The notes below the pieces were generated by a model, which had not been told where the DNA came from, did not search any database, and saw only the letters and a program-made list of their open reading frames with translations. A DNA stretch of 64,000 nt, from the NCBI GenBank assembly GCA_965116225.1, contig OZ220495.1:2424393-2488392 (forward strand), written 5' to 3'. Origin of the DNA: Dehalococcoidia bacterium (lineage in GTDB: Bacteria > Chloroflexota > Dehalococcoidia > Bin125). This document shows, in pieces, positions 8,979 through 19,098 of this stretch (positions are counted from its first letter, which is position 1; every line of letters starts with the position of its first letter). A program made the translations under genes and the position numbers.

Positions 8979-9539
8979 ATGCTCGATGGCGTCGGTATCT
9001 CCTGGCCCGGCGGCTCACCCGAAAACACCGGTTTGATCGTGGCGCTGATTGTCGGGGCGTACTTCCTCGTGCTGTGGTTGTCGGCGGTCGTCTGGACGGC
9101 GCGAGACATTCATCAACGCACCGTTGAGCCGATGGCGCAGATCGTCTACACCCTGATCGTGCTGGTCTTCAATTTCCCGGGTCTCGTGGTCTACCGCGTG
9201 TTGCGTCCGCCGATGACGTTGCAGGAATCTGAGGAACACCAGCTCGAATCGACTGCCCTGTCGCGCGAACTGGAGCAGACCTCGCCCTGCCCGCGCTGCG
9301 GTTGCGAGATTCTGCCCGACTATCTTGCCTGTCCGCGTTGCGCGCTGACGTTACGTTCCTCGTGCGCGAACTGCGAGCGAGTGCTCGATCCAGGTTGGCG
9401 GATATGCCCTTGGTGCATGAGGCCGATCGCTGCGGAATCGACCTTGGTTGAATCCCCTACGTCGGCGAGCGACATGCCAGAGTCGCAACCCAACCCTCCA
9501 GCTCCGCAACCAACCGCAGGGAAGCGCATCGATGGCTGA
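8979..9539 (+). CDS. Small membrane protein with PLDc_N-like N-terminal domain and C-terminal double zinc ribbon
   Basis: TM helices with a W..RD......Y pattern (LWLSAVVWTARD...GLVVYRVL) resembling the PLDc_N domain. Followed by CPRCGC...CPRC...CANC...CPWC, four CxxC pairs. Confidence 0.55.
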   Translation: MLDGVGISWPGGSPENTGLIVALIVGAYFLVLWLSAVVWTARDIHQRTVEPMAQIVYTLIVLVFNFPGLVVYRVLRPPMTLQESEEHQLESTALSRELEQTSPCPRCGCEILPDYLACPRCALTLRSSCANCERVLDPGWRICPWCMRPIAAESTLVESPTSASDMPESQPNPPAPQPTAGKRIDG

Positions 9540-10374
9540 TTTCAGGGAATCGCGACTGAGGGTCAACGGCGTCGATGGCGTGATTACTGAGCTGGGCGAC
9601 CACGACCGCAGGGAAGCGGTCGTCTGCCTTCACTCTGTGCCTGGCTCCGGTCGTGATTTCCAGTTCGTGATGCCCGCGATTGGCGAGATCATGCGCGTGG
9701 TCGCCATCGATCTGCCCGGATTCGGCAGAGCCGACAAGCCGCAAACGTTCCCATACTCAATCGAAGGGTACCAGACTTGGCTTGCGCCGGCGCTGACGGA
9801 GCTGGGCGTCGACAGGGTTCACTTGCTGATGCATAGCTTCCACACGCAAACGGGTCTGATGTGGGCGGCGATGCATCCTGATCAGTGTGCGTCGATCATG
9901 CTGCTCGACGGCGGCGTGCTGGAGAACTACCCTGGTAACCTGGTCGCCAACATCTGGCGGACGAAGTTCGCCGGTGAGATCCTCCAGTTGATCACCACAC
10001 GGCCGGCATTCAAGCTGTTTATGCGCTGGGGCAATCCGAAGGGATTGCATTCACAGTGGCTCGATGAGCTGATCACCGAGGACGACCGGGACACGCGCCG
10101 GGTCACGCTGGAGCTGTATCGAAACACTAACTTCGACGACGGTCACATCCTGCGCAAGGCGCTGGCGCCGCATCGCAAGCCGGCGCTCGTGATCTACGGC
10201 AAGAACGATCCATTCATCAGTTGGCGGTACGCGGAGCGGCAGCGGGAGACGTTCCCCGATGCCGAGGTCCACGTCTGGGACGATTGCGGCCACTTCCCGC
10301 ACATCCAGCATCCGCAGCGGACGGCGGCGGCGGTGACGAAGTTCCTGCCCTCGCAGGCGGGGCGCGACGCTTAG
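9532..10374 (+). CDS. Alpha/beta-fold hydrolase
   Basis: VVCLHSVPGSGRDFQF...VHLLMHSFHTQTG (nucleophile-elbow region) and a C-terminal ...DDCGHFPH (catalytic His region). ATG at 9532 overlaps the upstream stop (ATGGCTGA). The ORF-track start at 9448 is a non-coding extension. Confidence 0.75.
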   Translation: MADFRESRLRVNGVDGVITELGDHDRREAVVCLHSVPGSGRDFQFVMPAIGEIMRVVAIDLPGFGRADKPQTFPYSIEGYQTWLAPALTELGVDRVHLLMHSFHTQTGLMWAAMHPDQCASIMLLDGGVLENYPGNLVANIWRTKFAGEILQLITTRPAFKLFMRWGNPKGLHSQWLDELITEDDRDTRRVTLELYRNTNFDDGHILRKALAPHRKPALVIYGKNDPFISWRYAERQRETFPDAEVHVWDDCGHFPHIQHPQRTAAAVTKFLPSQAGRDA

Positions 10375-11714
10375 TCGAGCGCGCCCAGTTCGACCGCCAG
10401 ATTAGCGGTCTTCTTCATTTCTTCGAAACGGGCGGCCTGTTCGCGAGCGCGTTCTTCGGCACCTTTGTGGTGGTACTCCTCGCTGATGCGGTTGGAACTG
10501 GTGACCACATCGAAGCCGTAGGGCTGGTAGATTGGGATCTCCTCGTCCGAGAGTTCGATCAGCATCTCATTGCGCTCGGCTTTGCGCTTGAACGCTTCCT
10601 CGATGTAAGGCGCGAGTTCCTCTTCCTTGCGGGCGACGCGCTCGGCTTCGAATTCCTTGAACTCGGGCATCACGTCGCGCGCGAAGATCTCGAGCGACTC
10701 GCAGATATGTTCGTGGCGGTTGTTGCCGGCCTGCTGGATGAAGACGGATTGATCGACGCCGCAGTCGGCGAAGATGCGCAGGTGCTCGCGCAGCTCGTCG
10801 GGCGTGCCGATGCCGCCCTCGCCTTGTCGCGGCCAAGTGTCGCGCAGCTGTTCCCATGCTTTCCAAATGTTGGTGCGACCGGGCTTGTGCATGCCGGCGG
10901 CGTAGTGGTGCCCGAGCGCGAACTGGAAGAAGCGGAAGCCATCGCCGCCGCGACGCTCTGCTTCGTTCCCGTCGGGGTGCACCGAGAAGGAAGACACCAT
11001 CGCGATGTTGGCGTTGACCGTGTGGCCGATCGGCACGCACTCGGTCTTGATCGTTTCGTAGTAGTCGTTGACCCAGTGCTTGGCCTCTTCGGGGTCGATG
11101 AAAGCGAAAGTGAGCGCCCCGATGCCGAGCCTGGCGGCAAGATGGATCGTGTCGCGGTTGGAGCAGGCGACCCAGAGCGGCGGATGCGGCTTTTGCACCG
11201 GTTTGGGCACGACGTTGCGCGTCGGCATCGAGAAGTACTTGCCCTCGTAGCCCGGATACGGGTTCATCGCCAGCATGTTGGCGACCTGCTCGACAGTCTC
11301 GAGCCACATTGAGCGGCGCTCTTCCGGGTTGACGCGGTAGCCTTCCAGCTCGGCGCGCGAGGCGGACTCGCCGGTCCCGAACTCGACGCGACCGTTGGAG
11401 ACGAGATCGAGCGTCGCGATCCGCTCGGCGACTCGGGCCGGGTGGTTATAGCCAGGCGGCATCAGCACGATGCCGTGACCGAGGCGGATGTTCTTGGTCC
11501 GCTGCGAGGCGGCTGCCAGAAAGACCTCTGGCGCCGATGAGTGCGAGTACTCCTCGAGGAAGTGATGCTCGACCTCCCAGGCGTGATCGATGCCGAGTTG
11601 GTCCGCCAACTCGACCTGGTCCAACGCGTCCTGGAACAGCTGCTGTTCCTGTCCTTCGCCCCACGGCTTGGGCAGCTGGTGTTCGTAGAAGATTCCGAAT
11701 CGCATTGCAGGCAC
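10371..11714 (-). CDS. LLM-class flavin-dependent oxidoreductase with long C-terminal coiled extension
   Basis: MRFGIFYEHQLP...LGIDHAWEVEHHF...LDLVSNGRVEFGTGESAS are typical LLM TIM-barrel motifs. The ~90-aa charged C-terminal tail is typical of the large-LLM subfamily. Confidence 0.8.
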   Translation of the reverse strand: MPAMRFGIFYEHQLPKPWGEGQEQQLFQDALDQVELADQLGIDHAWEVEHHFLEEYSHSSAPEVFLAAASQRTKNIRLGHGIVLMPPGYNHPARVAERIATLDLVSNGRVEFGTGESASRAELEGYRVNPEERRSMWLETVEQVANMLAMNPYPGYEGKYFSMPTRNVVPKPVQKPHPPLWVACSNRDTIHLAARLGIGALTFAFIDPEEAKHWVNDYYETIKTECVPIGHTVNANIAMVSSFSVHPDGNEAERRGGDGFRFFQFALGHHYAAGMHKPGRTNIWKAWEQLRDTWPRQGEGGIGTPDELREHLRIFADCGVDQSVFIQQAGNNRHEHICESLEIFARDVMPEFKEFEAERVARKEEELAPYIEEAFKRKAERNEMLIELSDEEIPIYQPYGFDVVTSSNRISEEYHHKGAEERAREQAARFEEMKKTANLAVELGALD

Positions 11715-11746
11715 GGTTCCTGTTGTTCGCGTCGTTTGTGCGCAGT

Positions 11747-12481
11747 CTAGGAGACGATGGCGATCTCGCGCCCTTGGAGCAGGACGGTCGCGGCGGCGTC
11801 GATCAGCGGCGGGAATGGATCGCCGGGTTCGTCCGACGGTGGCAAGCCCTTAGCGGCGGCCGCTGCGTCGGCGTACCAGAGTGAGGCGATCCCGTCCCAT
11901 GTCCCGTCTTCAGCGCCCGGTCCGTCTTGAGCGGCCAAGTCGGCGTGGGACGTCGTGTAACGCGAACACGCGCCGCCGGAACGCCCGATCGACCTGGCGA
12001 CCCTGGGTGAACGTCCGTCGCGCCAGGCAGAGAAGAGCGCGTCGCGGGATACACTCGATCCGCGTTTCACGAACGCGACCCACTTGACGGCATCATCGCC
12101 GGTCGGCGTATCGATGTAGACATGCTCGGTGGCGAACATTGAGTCCGTGGTCGGCTCGATCAGTTCCTGGAAGCCGTCGATCGTCGGCAAGCGACCGCGA
12201 TGCTCGCCGAAGGCACCGTTGAAGTGATCGAAGTCGCGGAACCAGAGTTCGGCCAGGCCGTCGTACGGCATCGCATCCGCCGGCGGAGCGCCGCCCAGCG
12301 ACGCCGAGCTGTTGAAGAAGGTCACGAAATACTTGACCGGCTGTGCGAGGTTCGCGATATGTGCAGCGTGGATGCAACGCCAGAACTCGAAGAAGGACTC
12401 GCGCTCGACGCCTTCGCGACGGGTAACCGGGACGATCCATTTCAGCATGGCGGCTCGCTTTCTTTGTGGCTGGGTGTTCAC
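11747..12481 (-). CDS. Tandem EthD/Dabb-like (dimeric alpha+beta barrel) domain protein
   Basis: Two ~100-aa repeats, each with an EthD-like pattern (MLKWIVPVTRREGV...; DAVKWVAFVKRG...). Assignment is from pattern memory only. Confidence 0.4.
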   Translation of the reverse strand: MNTQPQRKRAAMLKWIVPVTRREGVERESFFEFWRCIHAAHIANLAQPVKYFVTFFNSSASLGGAPPADAMPYDGLAELWFRDFDHFNGAFGEHRGRLPTIDGFQELIEPTTDSMFATEHVYIDTPTGDDAVKWVAFVKRGSSVSRDALFSAWRDGRSPRVARSIGRSGGACSRYTTSHADLAAQDGPGAEDGTWDGIASLWYADAAAAAKGLPPSDEPGDPFPPLIDAAATVLLQGREIAIVS

Positions 12482-12532
12482 TTTGCCGCTGAGTCTAGGC
12501 GGTTCGCGACCGCTCGTGCGCGTCGAGCCTGA

Positions 12533-13870
12533 CTACGCGCGATTTCGCCGCAGACGCCCGTGTACGTGGACGAATCGAGCAGGCCGTCCAGACATATGGC
12601 AGCGCACCTCTTCGTCGCCGATCAACAGATCGCGGAACGGAACTTGCTGCACGGCGTAGGCTTGCGCGTGTTCGTAGGCGATGTCGTGGGCGCGTTGTCG
12701 GCCGATGCGCTCGCCGAGCGCGAGCATGATGCGCTCGCTCATAATCAGACCGCCGGACAGATCGAGGTTCACTCGCATTCGCTCCGGCTTCACCCCGATG
12801 CCTTCGAACAGGACGATCATCCGGGCAAGGATGTCGCCGAATCAGCTCGACCGATCCGTGGACGGCGCGTTCGGCCATGACGCTGGGGAGCCGTCGGCTT
12901 CGTGCTCGGTGCGCATCGCGTCGAGGGCGAGCGGAAACAGGGTTGTCCAGCTGGGCGGCTGCGGCGCGGAGGTCCTGCGAGAGCTTTGGATTGCGTTTCT
13001 GCGGCATCGTGCTGCTGCCGACGGTGCCGGGCGGGACGAGTTTCTCGATCTCACCGAACTCGGGCTTCAGCAGCATGTACGTCTCGTCGGCGATTTTGTG
13101 GCAGGTCGCGGCGAGCATAGCCAGGATCGCGGTGTAATCAGCATGTATAGTCATGGCTGGTTCGTCCCGGAACCGGCATCGGCGGCAGCCCCAGGTATTC
13201 CGCCATGCCTTGCTGGACGGCGAGCCCGAGCGCGCCGAACGATGCCAGCGTGTCTGCGGCGGTGCCGAGCATAGCGACGAAGATGCGCGGTTCGGCGTCA
13301 TGCAAACGCTCGACGTGGCGATAGATCTCGTCAATCCAGACGCTGATCTTGTAGCCGAAGGTGGCTGGCACGGCGTGTTGACCGTGCGTGCGTCCGGCGC
13401 ACGGATCGTCGGTGTGGTGCTCGGCAACGGCGCGAGCGTCGTGAGCACCTGCCCGATATGTCCAAGCACGATCGCATGCGCCTTGCGCAGCTGCAGCATG
13501 TCGCCGGTCTGAGTGATGTTCTGCGTCGTCGCCCCCCAAGAACGTATCAGCCGACTCCGTCGCCGAGGATTCGATCCAATTCCTAGATCAGCGGTACCAG
13601 CGGATGCGCCGTCACGGTGAGGATCGCCTCGATCCGTGCCATGTCCAGCAGATCGGGCCGACAGTGCTCGGCGATCTAGGCTGCGGCATCGGCGGGAATT
13701 GAATTATGCCCAGGTCCGCCTCCCCGCAGGCGAGCGCGGCTTCCACGCCCAGCCACGCCTGCCAGCGCGCCTCGCGCGTGAGGAGGTCTTGAATGCCAGG
13801 ATCCGGAATGCGCGCCGCGGTGGGTCGGTGTTGCATGAGCGGTTTCGCTTTCTTCCGTGGCAGGCAAAGT
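12533..13870 (-). pseudogene. Fumarate-lyase-family gene (3-carboxy-cis,cis-muconate cycloisomerase / adenylosuccinate lyase-like), at least 3 frameshifts
   Basis: Family segments appear in N-to-C order but in different frames. The N-terminal DLLTREARWQAWLGVEAALA lies in ORF 13612..14061. GRTHGQHAVPATFG lies in ORF 13138..13539. The signature GSSTMPQKRNP lies in ORF 12495..13499. The C-terminal NLDLSGGLIMSERIMLALGE lies in ORF 12533..12820. Confidence 0.6.
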
Positions 13871-13905
13871 AAGATCGGACTGCGGGCGAACGAAGGGGGC
13901 TGGCT

Positions 13906-15120
13906 ATGCTTGCGCCGCTTGAGGGTATACGGGTCGTCGAGGTCGCCAATTGGCTGGCGGCGCCCTCGGCAGCGGCGCTGATGGCCGATCTCGGTGCCGA
14001 CGTGATCAAGGTGGAACATCCCGGCGGCGATGCCTGGCGCACCACCCTGATGCGCGGCCAACAGGAGGATTTCAACCCCGAGACCGATGTGGACGCCGCG
14101 TTCGAGCTAGACAATCGCGGCAAGCGCGGCGTCGCGCTGTCGCTCGATCGACCGGGCGCGAGCGATGTCGTCAAACGGATGATCGCCGACGCCGACCTCT
14201 TCATCACTAATCTGACCGCGCCGCGCATCGAACGTTACGACCTGTCTCGCGCTTCGCTGCAGCGCCTCAACCCGCAGTTGATCTACGTCGTCCTGACCGG
14301 CTACGGCACGCGTGGACCCGACAGGGCCAAGACCGCGTTCGACTACTCAGCGTTCTGGTCGCGGTCGGGCATTATGAGCCTGATCGGCGAACCGGACGGC
14401 CCGCCGATGCCGTGCCGACCGGGTCAGGGCGACCATGCGACGGCGCTGAATTTACTTGCGGGCGCGCTGGCTGCCCTGCGCCTTCGCGATCTCACTAACG
14501 ACGGTCAATACGTCGAGGTGACTTTGCAACGCACGGGCGCGTGGACGATCGGTTCGGACCTATCGGCGGCGCTGATCACCAAGCGGCAACCATCGCGCAT
14601 CGACCGAGTGCAGCCCGGCAATCCACTGTTTAACGCGTACGAGACCGCCGACGGGCGCTGGTTGATGCTGGTGATGCCGACTGGAGATCGCTATTGGGCG
14701 CCAACCTGTCGAGCGCTGGGTCGTCTGGACCTGCTTGCCGATGATCGCTACGCCACCCTGCTCGGCCGCATGGAGCACAGCGCGCTGATCACGTCGGAGA
14801 TCGCGTCGGCGTTCCGCGCCAGGCCGCTTGGGGAATGGGCGCCGCTGCTGGACGCTGAAGCGCTGACCTGGGCACCTGTAGTCGAACTGCCTGAGCTGAT
14901 CGCCGATCCGCAGATGGAGGAGATGAACGCCTGGAGCGTGATCGATGGGCCGAACGGTCAGTTCCACACGCTCAATACGCCGTTCGAGATCGCCGGGGCG
15001 GACATTGGACCGCGCGGCCCCGCGCCCACAGCCGGGCAACATACGCATGAGGTGCTGAGAGAAGTCGGCCTGTCGGACGGCGAGATCGCCGCATTGGCCG
15101 AAAACGGCGCGCTCGGCTGA
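13906..15120 (+). CDS. CaiB/BaiF-family (class III) CoA-transferase
   Basis: N-terminal LEGIRVVEVANWLAAPSAAALMADLGADVIKVEHPGGD is the hallmark of family III CoA-transferases. 404 aa. Confidence 0.85.
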   Translation: MLAPLEGIRVVEVANWLAAPSAAALMADLGADVIKVEHPGGDAWRTTLMRGQQEDFNPETDVDAAFELDNRGKRGVALSLDRPGASDVVKRMIADADLFITNLTAPRIERYDLSRASLQRLNPQLIYVVLTGYGTRGPDRAKTAFDYSAFWSRSGIMSLIGEPDGPPMPCRPGQGDHATALNLLAGALAALRLRDLTNDGQYVEVTLQRTGAWTIGSDLSAALITKRQPSRIDRVQPGNPLFNAYETADGRWLMLVMPTGDRYWAPTCRALGRLDLLADDRYATLLGRMEHSALITSEIASAFRARPLGEWAPLLDAEALTWAPVVELPELIADPQMEEMNAWSVIDGPNGQFHTLNTPFEIAGADIGPRGPAPTAGQHTHEVLREVGLSDGEIAALAENGALG

Positions 15121-15140
15121 ATCGCCGGTCCCGCAGCCGA

Positions 15141-16316
15141 ATGTCGAAGTCAGTCGGAGCGTGCGTTATGGGTGAAGCGCTCGACCTCATCGTTCAGGCG
15201 GCGCGTCGGTTCGTGCGCAAGGATATCTGGCTACGCGAACGGCGCATCGATGCCAACGCAACGCAATTGCCGGCTGAGATGTTCGTAATCGTACGCAAGC
15301 GAGCGAGCGAACTAGGCATTGATCACCTGATGGCGCCGCGGGTGGACTCGGTCGGACCGCAGATTGATCTCCCCGATGCCGATCGCTTACGCATCGCCGA
15401 AGAGCTGTCGCAGCATCGCGCCGGGGTGCTCAATCCGGTCTACGGATTGTTCGATCCCGACCCGCCCGCGCAACTGTATGCCGGCACGGATGATCAACGG
15501 AGCCGCTTTCTGGAGCCCCTCCTGCGGAGGGAGGTCATCTGCTTCCGAGGGTTGGACGACCCGGATCTTGCGCATCTGCCGACTGATGGCGTGCGCATCC
15601 GGGCGCAACGACATCAGTCGGGATGGATGTTGGACGGCACCAGGCTGTTCGTCGCCGACGCCAATGATGCCGCTTTCGGCATCGTCTATTGCAATACGGA
15701 AGAAGTAGCCGGGCAGCGAACAGGCGTATCGGCGATCTTGGTCGAGAGTGACCGCATCGGTTTCCAGCGCTGGCGCGCGTGGCCGACGATTGCGGTTGGT
15801 CGCGACACGATGGAGCTCAATCTGTCCGCTGTCAAGGTGCCGCAAACGAACCTGCTTGGCGTTCCTAGTCGGGGACCGGAGTTTGCTAATGATCTGTCAC
15901 TGCGTCGGAGACTATTCACGGCGGCGTATCTGACCGGCGTGGCGTCGGCGGCGCAGGACATATGCCGCTCGGTGGTCTGGTCGCGGCGGATGCACGGCGC
16001 GCTGATCGCGCAGGGCGAACGAGCGCGGCTGGCGCTCGCCGACAACGAGATCGCGGTATCTGCGTCGCGGGCGCTGTATCTGTCCGCCGCGGAGCAGATC
16101 GAAGAGCTCGCGCTTGCCGCACTGTCGTTCGGTCTCGGGGCTGCGTCCTCGGTCGTCGAACGGGCAATGCTGCTACATGGCCCGGTTGGCGGCTCGTCGG
16201 ACCTACCGCTCGAGCGTTGGTCGCGCGAGTTGACCTGGACGCGGTTGAGTCTCGGCGGCGCAGATCAGCAGCGTTTGGCGATCGCACAACGATTGGCGAC
16301 TACGTTCAAGAAGTAA
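15141..16316 (+). CDS. Acyl-CoA dehydrogenase-like protein (divergent, possibly non-catalytic)
   Basis: ACAD-like C-terminal helical domain. The N-terminus is only weakly ACAD-like. Lies immediately downstream of the CoA-transferase. Confidence 0.5.
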   Translation: MSKSVGACVMGEALDLIVQAARRFVRKDIWLRERRIDANATQLPAEMFVIVRKRASELGIDHLMAPRVDSVGPQIDLPDADRLRIAEELSQHRAGVLNPVYGLFDPDPPAQLYAGTDDQRSRFLEPLLRREVICFRGLDDPDLAHLPTDGVRIRAQRHQSGWMLDGTRLFVADANDAAFGIVYCNTEEVAGQRTGVSAILVESDRIGFQRWRAWPTIAVGRDTMELNLSAVKVPQTNLLGVPSRGPEFANDLSLRRRLFTAAYLTGVASAAQDICRSVVWSRRMHGALIAQGERARLALADNEIAVSASRALYLSAAEQIEELALAALSFGLGAASSVVERAMLLHGPVGGSSDLPLERWSRELTWTRLSLGGADQQRLAIAQRLATTFKK

Positions 16317-16327
16317 CGGGGGATAAG

Positions 16328-17524
16328 CTACGAGTCGAGGTCGGGCAGCGGATCAAGAGCGGCGGATGCGATCAATTCGAGCCCGCGCGGCGTAATCGGT
16401 GGGTTGTGCAACGGGCCTCGAACATCTCGGTAGTAGCGTTCCAGAGGCTGCGAGCGGTGTAACGACACACCGCCGACCAGTCGCATGCAGCGATCGACGA
16501 CCTCGACCGCGAGATCGCCGGCATGAAGTTTAGCGGCGGCAATGCGAGGGCCAAGTTGCGCGTGCGCGTCCCTGTCGAGTTGATCCCAGGCTGATGCGGT
16601 CTCGTATAGCAGGGCGCGAGCAGACATGATGCGCAGATCGATCTCGCCGATCTGCGCGCGGACGAGGGGTAGACTGCCAATCACTCCAGGCGCGCCTGTC
16701 GGACGTCGGTTGCGGGCGAACTCGACGGTGTAGTCACGAGCCGCCTCGGCGACGCCGAGCGATGCGGCGGCGACGAGCAACGCGAACCAGGCGAAGTCGC
16801 CATACCGCTGTCCGGCGCGGGCTGGATCCTGGCGCACCAGAAACTCGTCGTCGCTGATCGCGACGTTCTCGAACCAGATATCGTGTGAGCCGGTCGAACG
16901 CAGTCCAACCACGTCCCACGTCTCCTCGATCCGCAATCCGGGCGAGTCGCGATGGACGGCGACGCGGGCCAGCATCTCTGATCCATCCTCCAGCGCGCAG
17001 TAGGTCAGGAACCAGGTCAAAGCCGGGGCGAGTGTAGTGAACGACTTGCGACCGTTGATGCGCCAGCGGCCAGGTCCCTCGGGCGTGAGGGCGGTCTGCG
17101 GTCTGCCGCCGCCCTGGGGCGAGCCGAGGTCGGGTTCAGTCGCGACCTGATTGCACAGCGCGCCGTCCTCGACAACCGAACGGAAGATGCGTTCTCGTAG
17201 CTGGTCCGGCCAGTTGCGATTCGAGCGCTCGGAACCGATTGACATCAGATGCATACCGCAAGCGAACGCCAGCGCCATATCGATCTTGGCCAGCGCCGTC
17301 TGAGCGGCAACGAGGTCGGCGAGCGCGCATTCCTCGCCGCCGTACTCGCGCGGAATCGGCGCGGAGAGCCAGCCGATCTCTCGGAGGATGTCGAACGATG
17401 CGAATGGGAAGCTAGCCTCGCGATCGTGTCGCTTGGCGTGTGCGGTCAGTGTCGCCGTATGCGGCACGAGTCGCCCGATCAGCTCCCGTCCGGCACGATT
17501 GGCGGGCGGAAGAGGCGACATCAA
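16328..17524 (-). CDS. Acyl-CoA dehydrogenase
   Basis: The ACAD three-domain pattern is present, including TEPDLGSPQGGGRPQT, GRWRINGRKSFTT and a C-terminal ...RYYRDVRG region. Confidence 0.8.
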   Translation of the reverse strand: MMSPLPPANRAGRELIGRLVPHTATLTAHAKRHDREASFPFASFDILREIGWLSAPIPREYGGEECALADLVAAQTALAKIDMALAFACGMHLMSIGSERSNRNWPDQLRERIFRSVVEDGALCNQVATEPDLGSPQGGGRPQTALTPEGPGRWRINGRKSFTTLAPALTWFLTYCALEDGSEMLARVAVHRDSPGLRIEETWDVVGLRSTGSHDIWFENVAISDDEFLVRQDPARAGQRYGDFAWFALLVAAASLGVAEAARDYTVEFARNRRPTGAPGVIGSLPLVRAQIGEIDLRIMSARALLYETASAWDQLDRDAHAQLGPRIAAAKLHAGDLAVEVVDRCMRLVGGVSLHRSQPLERYYRDVRGPLHNPPITPRGLELIASAALDPLPDLDS

Positions 17525-17551
17525 CGACTTGGTCGGTTCGAGCGGTTGACG

Positions 17552-17869
17552 CTAGAGCACATCGCGCAGGCGTTTCAGCGCCCGCACTCGCACTTTACCT
17601 CGTTCCAGTGCCGGTCGCGAGGCGATGGTGATCGCCTCGCCAGTTGCAGGGTTGCGTCCCTGTCGCTCGGGTCGCGCTGTCTGAGGGACGATGTCGACCT
17701 TGATCAGCCCTGCGACGGTAACGGAACCAGGACCGCCTTTAGACAGATCTTCAACGATAACGTCGGCGAGCGCGTCGAGGACTTCGCTGACGTCGCGGCT
17801 CGCGATGTCGGTGCGTTCCTCAATCGCCTTGGCGATTTGCGCCTTGGTCTTCGGCTTTGCGTCGCTCAT
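17552..17869 (-). CDS. hup: HU/IHF-family nucleoid-associated DNA-binding protein
   Basis: 105 aa. KAQIAKAIEERTDIASRDVSEVLDALADVI...RNPATGEAITIASRPALE... matches the HU beta-arm (RNPxTGE). AT-richer upstream region. Confidence 0.9.
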   Translation of the reverse strand: MSDAKPKTKAQIAKAIEERTDIASRDVSEVLDALADVIVEDLSKGGPGSVTVAGLIKVDIVPQTARPERQGRNPATGEAITIASRPALERGKVRVRALKRLRDVL

Positions 17870-17996
17870 CTCACTCCCTCACTGTATTTGGTCTACTTAC
17901 TCGACCTCGTGCTAATCATTGCGCAGTGTTATTCGGAATTGCCAAAGGCGCAAGATCGCACAACACACCCTGCGCAAGGAGTCGGCTGGAACCGAG

Positions 17997-18905
17997 CTAC
18001 CCCAGCAACTCGGCGTGCGCGACTTCGGCGACCAGCGAGACCGCTGTCTCGAGCTTGCGCCGGCCGACAAATGCCGAGCGTCCGTAGAGCGGGCCGATTA
18101 CCTCCACCGCCTCCAAGGTGCTCATCGGCGTGGTGATCAGCGCGAACGACTCGCGTTCCGCGCGCTGGGCGATGTATGGCAAGGTCGGCTCGCCGCCGGC
18201 CAGGATCAGACAGAGCGGTTCGTAGTCGAGTGCGCCCAGGGCGATATCGATCCGGTCGTGTCGTGTGATCAGCGTCTTGTCGGGGTACTTGCGGAAGTAA
18301 TCCATGCCCTCATGTGCGCTCACCGGCCCGATCACTAGGTCGCGCGATGCTTCATCAAACAGCGCTTCGTCGCCCGAGAGCTTCCCGTCTATGGCGGGCG
18401 CGATGTCGCGAACGATCGGCGCGGCGAGGTGACGATCCTGAGGGAGGAGGCGAACGCTGGTCGCGCCCAGTCCGGTTAGCCTGGCGACAGCGGTGGCTTC
18501 GCCATGCTGGGGGACGCCATTGACGATGACCAGGTCTGGCTGCATGTCGGCCAGCGCGCGGGAGATCGTGTCGTCGTCGGCTTCGCCATGACGGACGATG
18601 AGGACGACTAGGTCGGACTCGATCCCCGCCGTGCCGTCCGCCTCGATGACGACGCGATCCGTGTCGTTGGGGATATCGGCGGCGGCCATCGGCGTTGCGG
18701 CGCTGCGGACGCCGTTGACGTAGGAGAACTGTTGCGCGTCGGATGCGGCGGACCGGTTGGGATTAGCGGAATCTGGAGAATCCGAGTGGTCGACGCGAGC
18801 CAAGCGAACCGTCGCACCGGTCGAACGAAGCGCGGCGGCAATGCCGCTGGCGACCGCCGACTTACCGTCGCCGCTCAGCGTGGACGTGACGAGTATGCGG
18901 GTCAC
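17997..18905 (-). CDS. Phosphotransacetylase-N-terminal-like protein (BioD-like P-loop plus DRTGG-type domain)
   Basis: RILVTSTLSGDGKSAVASGIAAAL is a BioD/CobQ-like P-loop. The C-terminal region (LCLILAGGEP...) resembles the DRTGG domain found N-terminal in Pta. The first ~165 aa of the listed ORF are Arg-rich junk, so a GTG start with GGAG RBS near 18905 is preferred. Confidence 0.45.
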   Translation of the reverse strand: MTRILVTSTLSGDGKSAVASGIAAALRSTGATVRLARVDHSDSPDSANPNRSAASDAQQFSYVNGVRSAATPMAAADIPNDTDRVVIEADGTAGIESDLVVLIVRHGEADDDTISRALADMQPDLVIVNGVPQHGEATAVARLTGLGATSVRLLPQDRHLAAPIVRDIAPAIDGKLSGDEALFDEASRDLVIGPVSAHEGMDYFRKYPDKTLITRHDRIDIALGALDYEPLCLILAGGEPTLPYIAQRAERESFALITTPMSTLEAVEVIGPLYGRSAFVGRRKLETAVSLVAEVAHAELLG

Positions 18906-19098
18906 CGTGACGCTCCGTTCCTGCTGCCGCTCGCCGCGTTTCCGGCGTCGGCACGCTTCAGGAGCGAGCGTAGCGGGAAGCGGAGCTATACGCCGAGATG
19001 CGGACTGGCGGCGGTTATTTACTATATCGACTACACTGAAGGCTGACGATGATCCGACGCGAGTGCTTTCCGCAGGGCGGAGCAGCCGCAAGGTTGCT

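Noticed and set aside
15141-17524. Alpha2-beta2 heteromeric ACAD pair (ChsE-like)
   Set aside because: The two ACAD-like genes are convergent on opposite strands rather than co-transcribed, so a heteromeric pairing cannot be inferred from arrangement.
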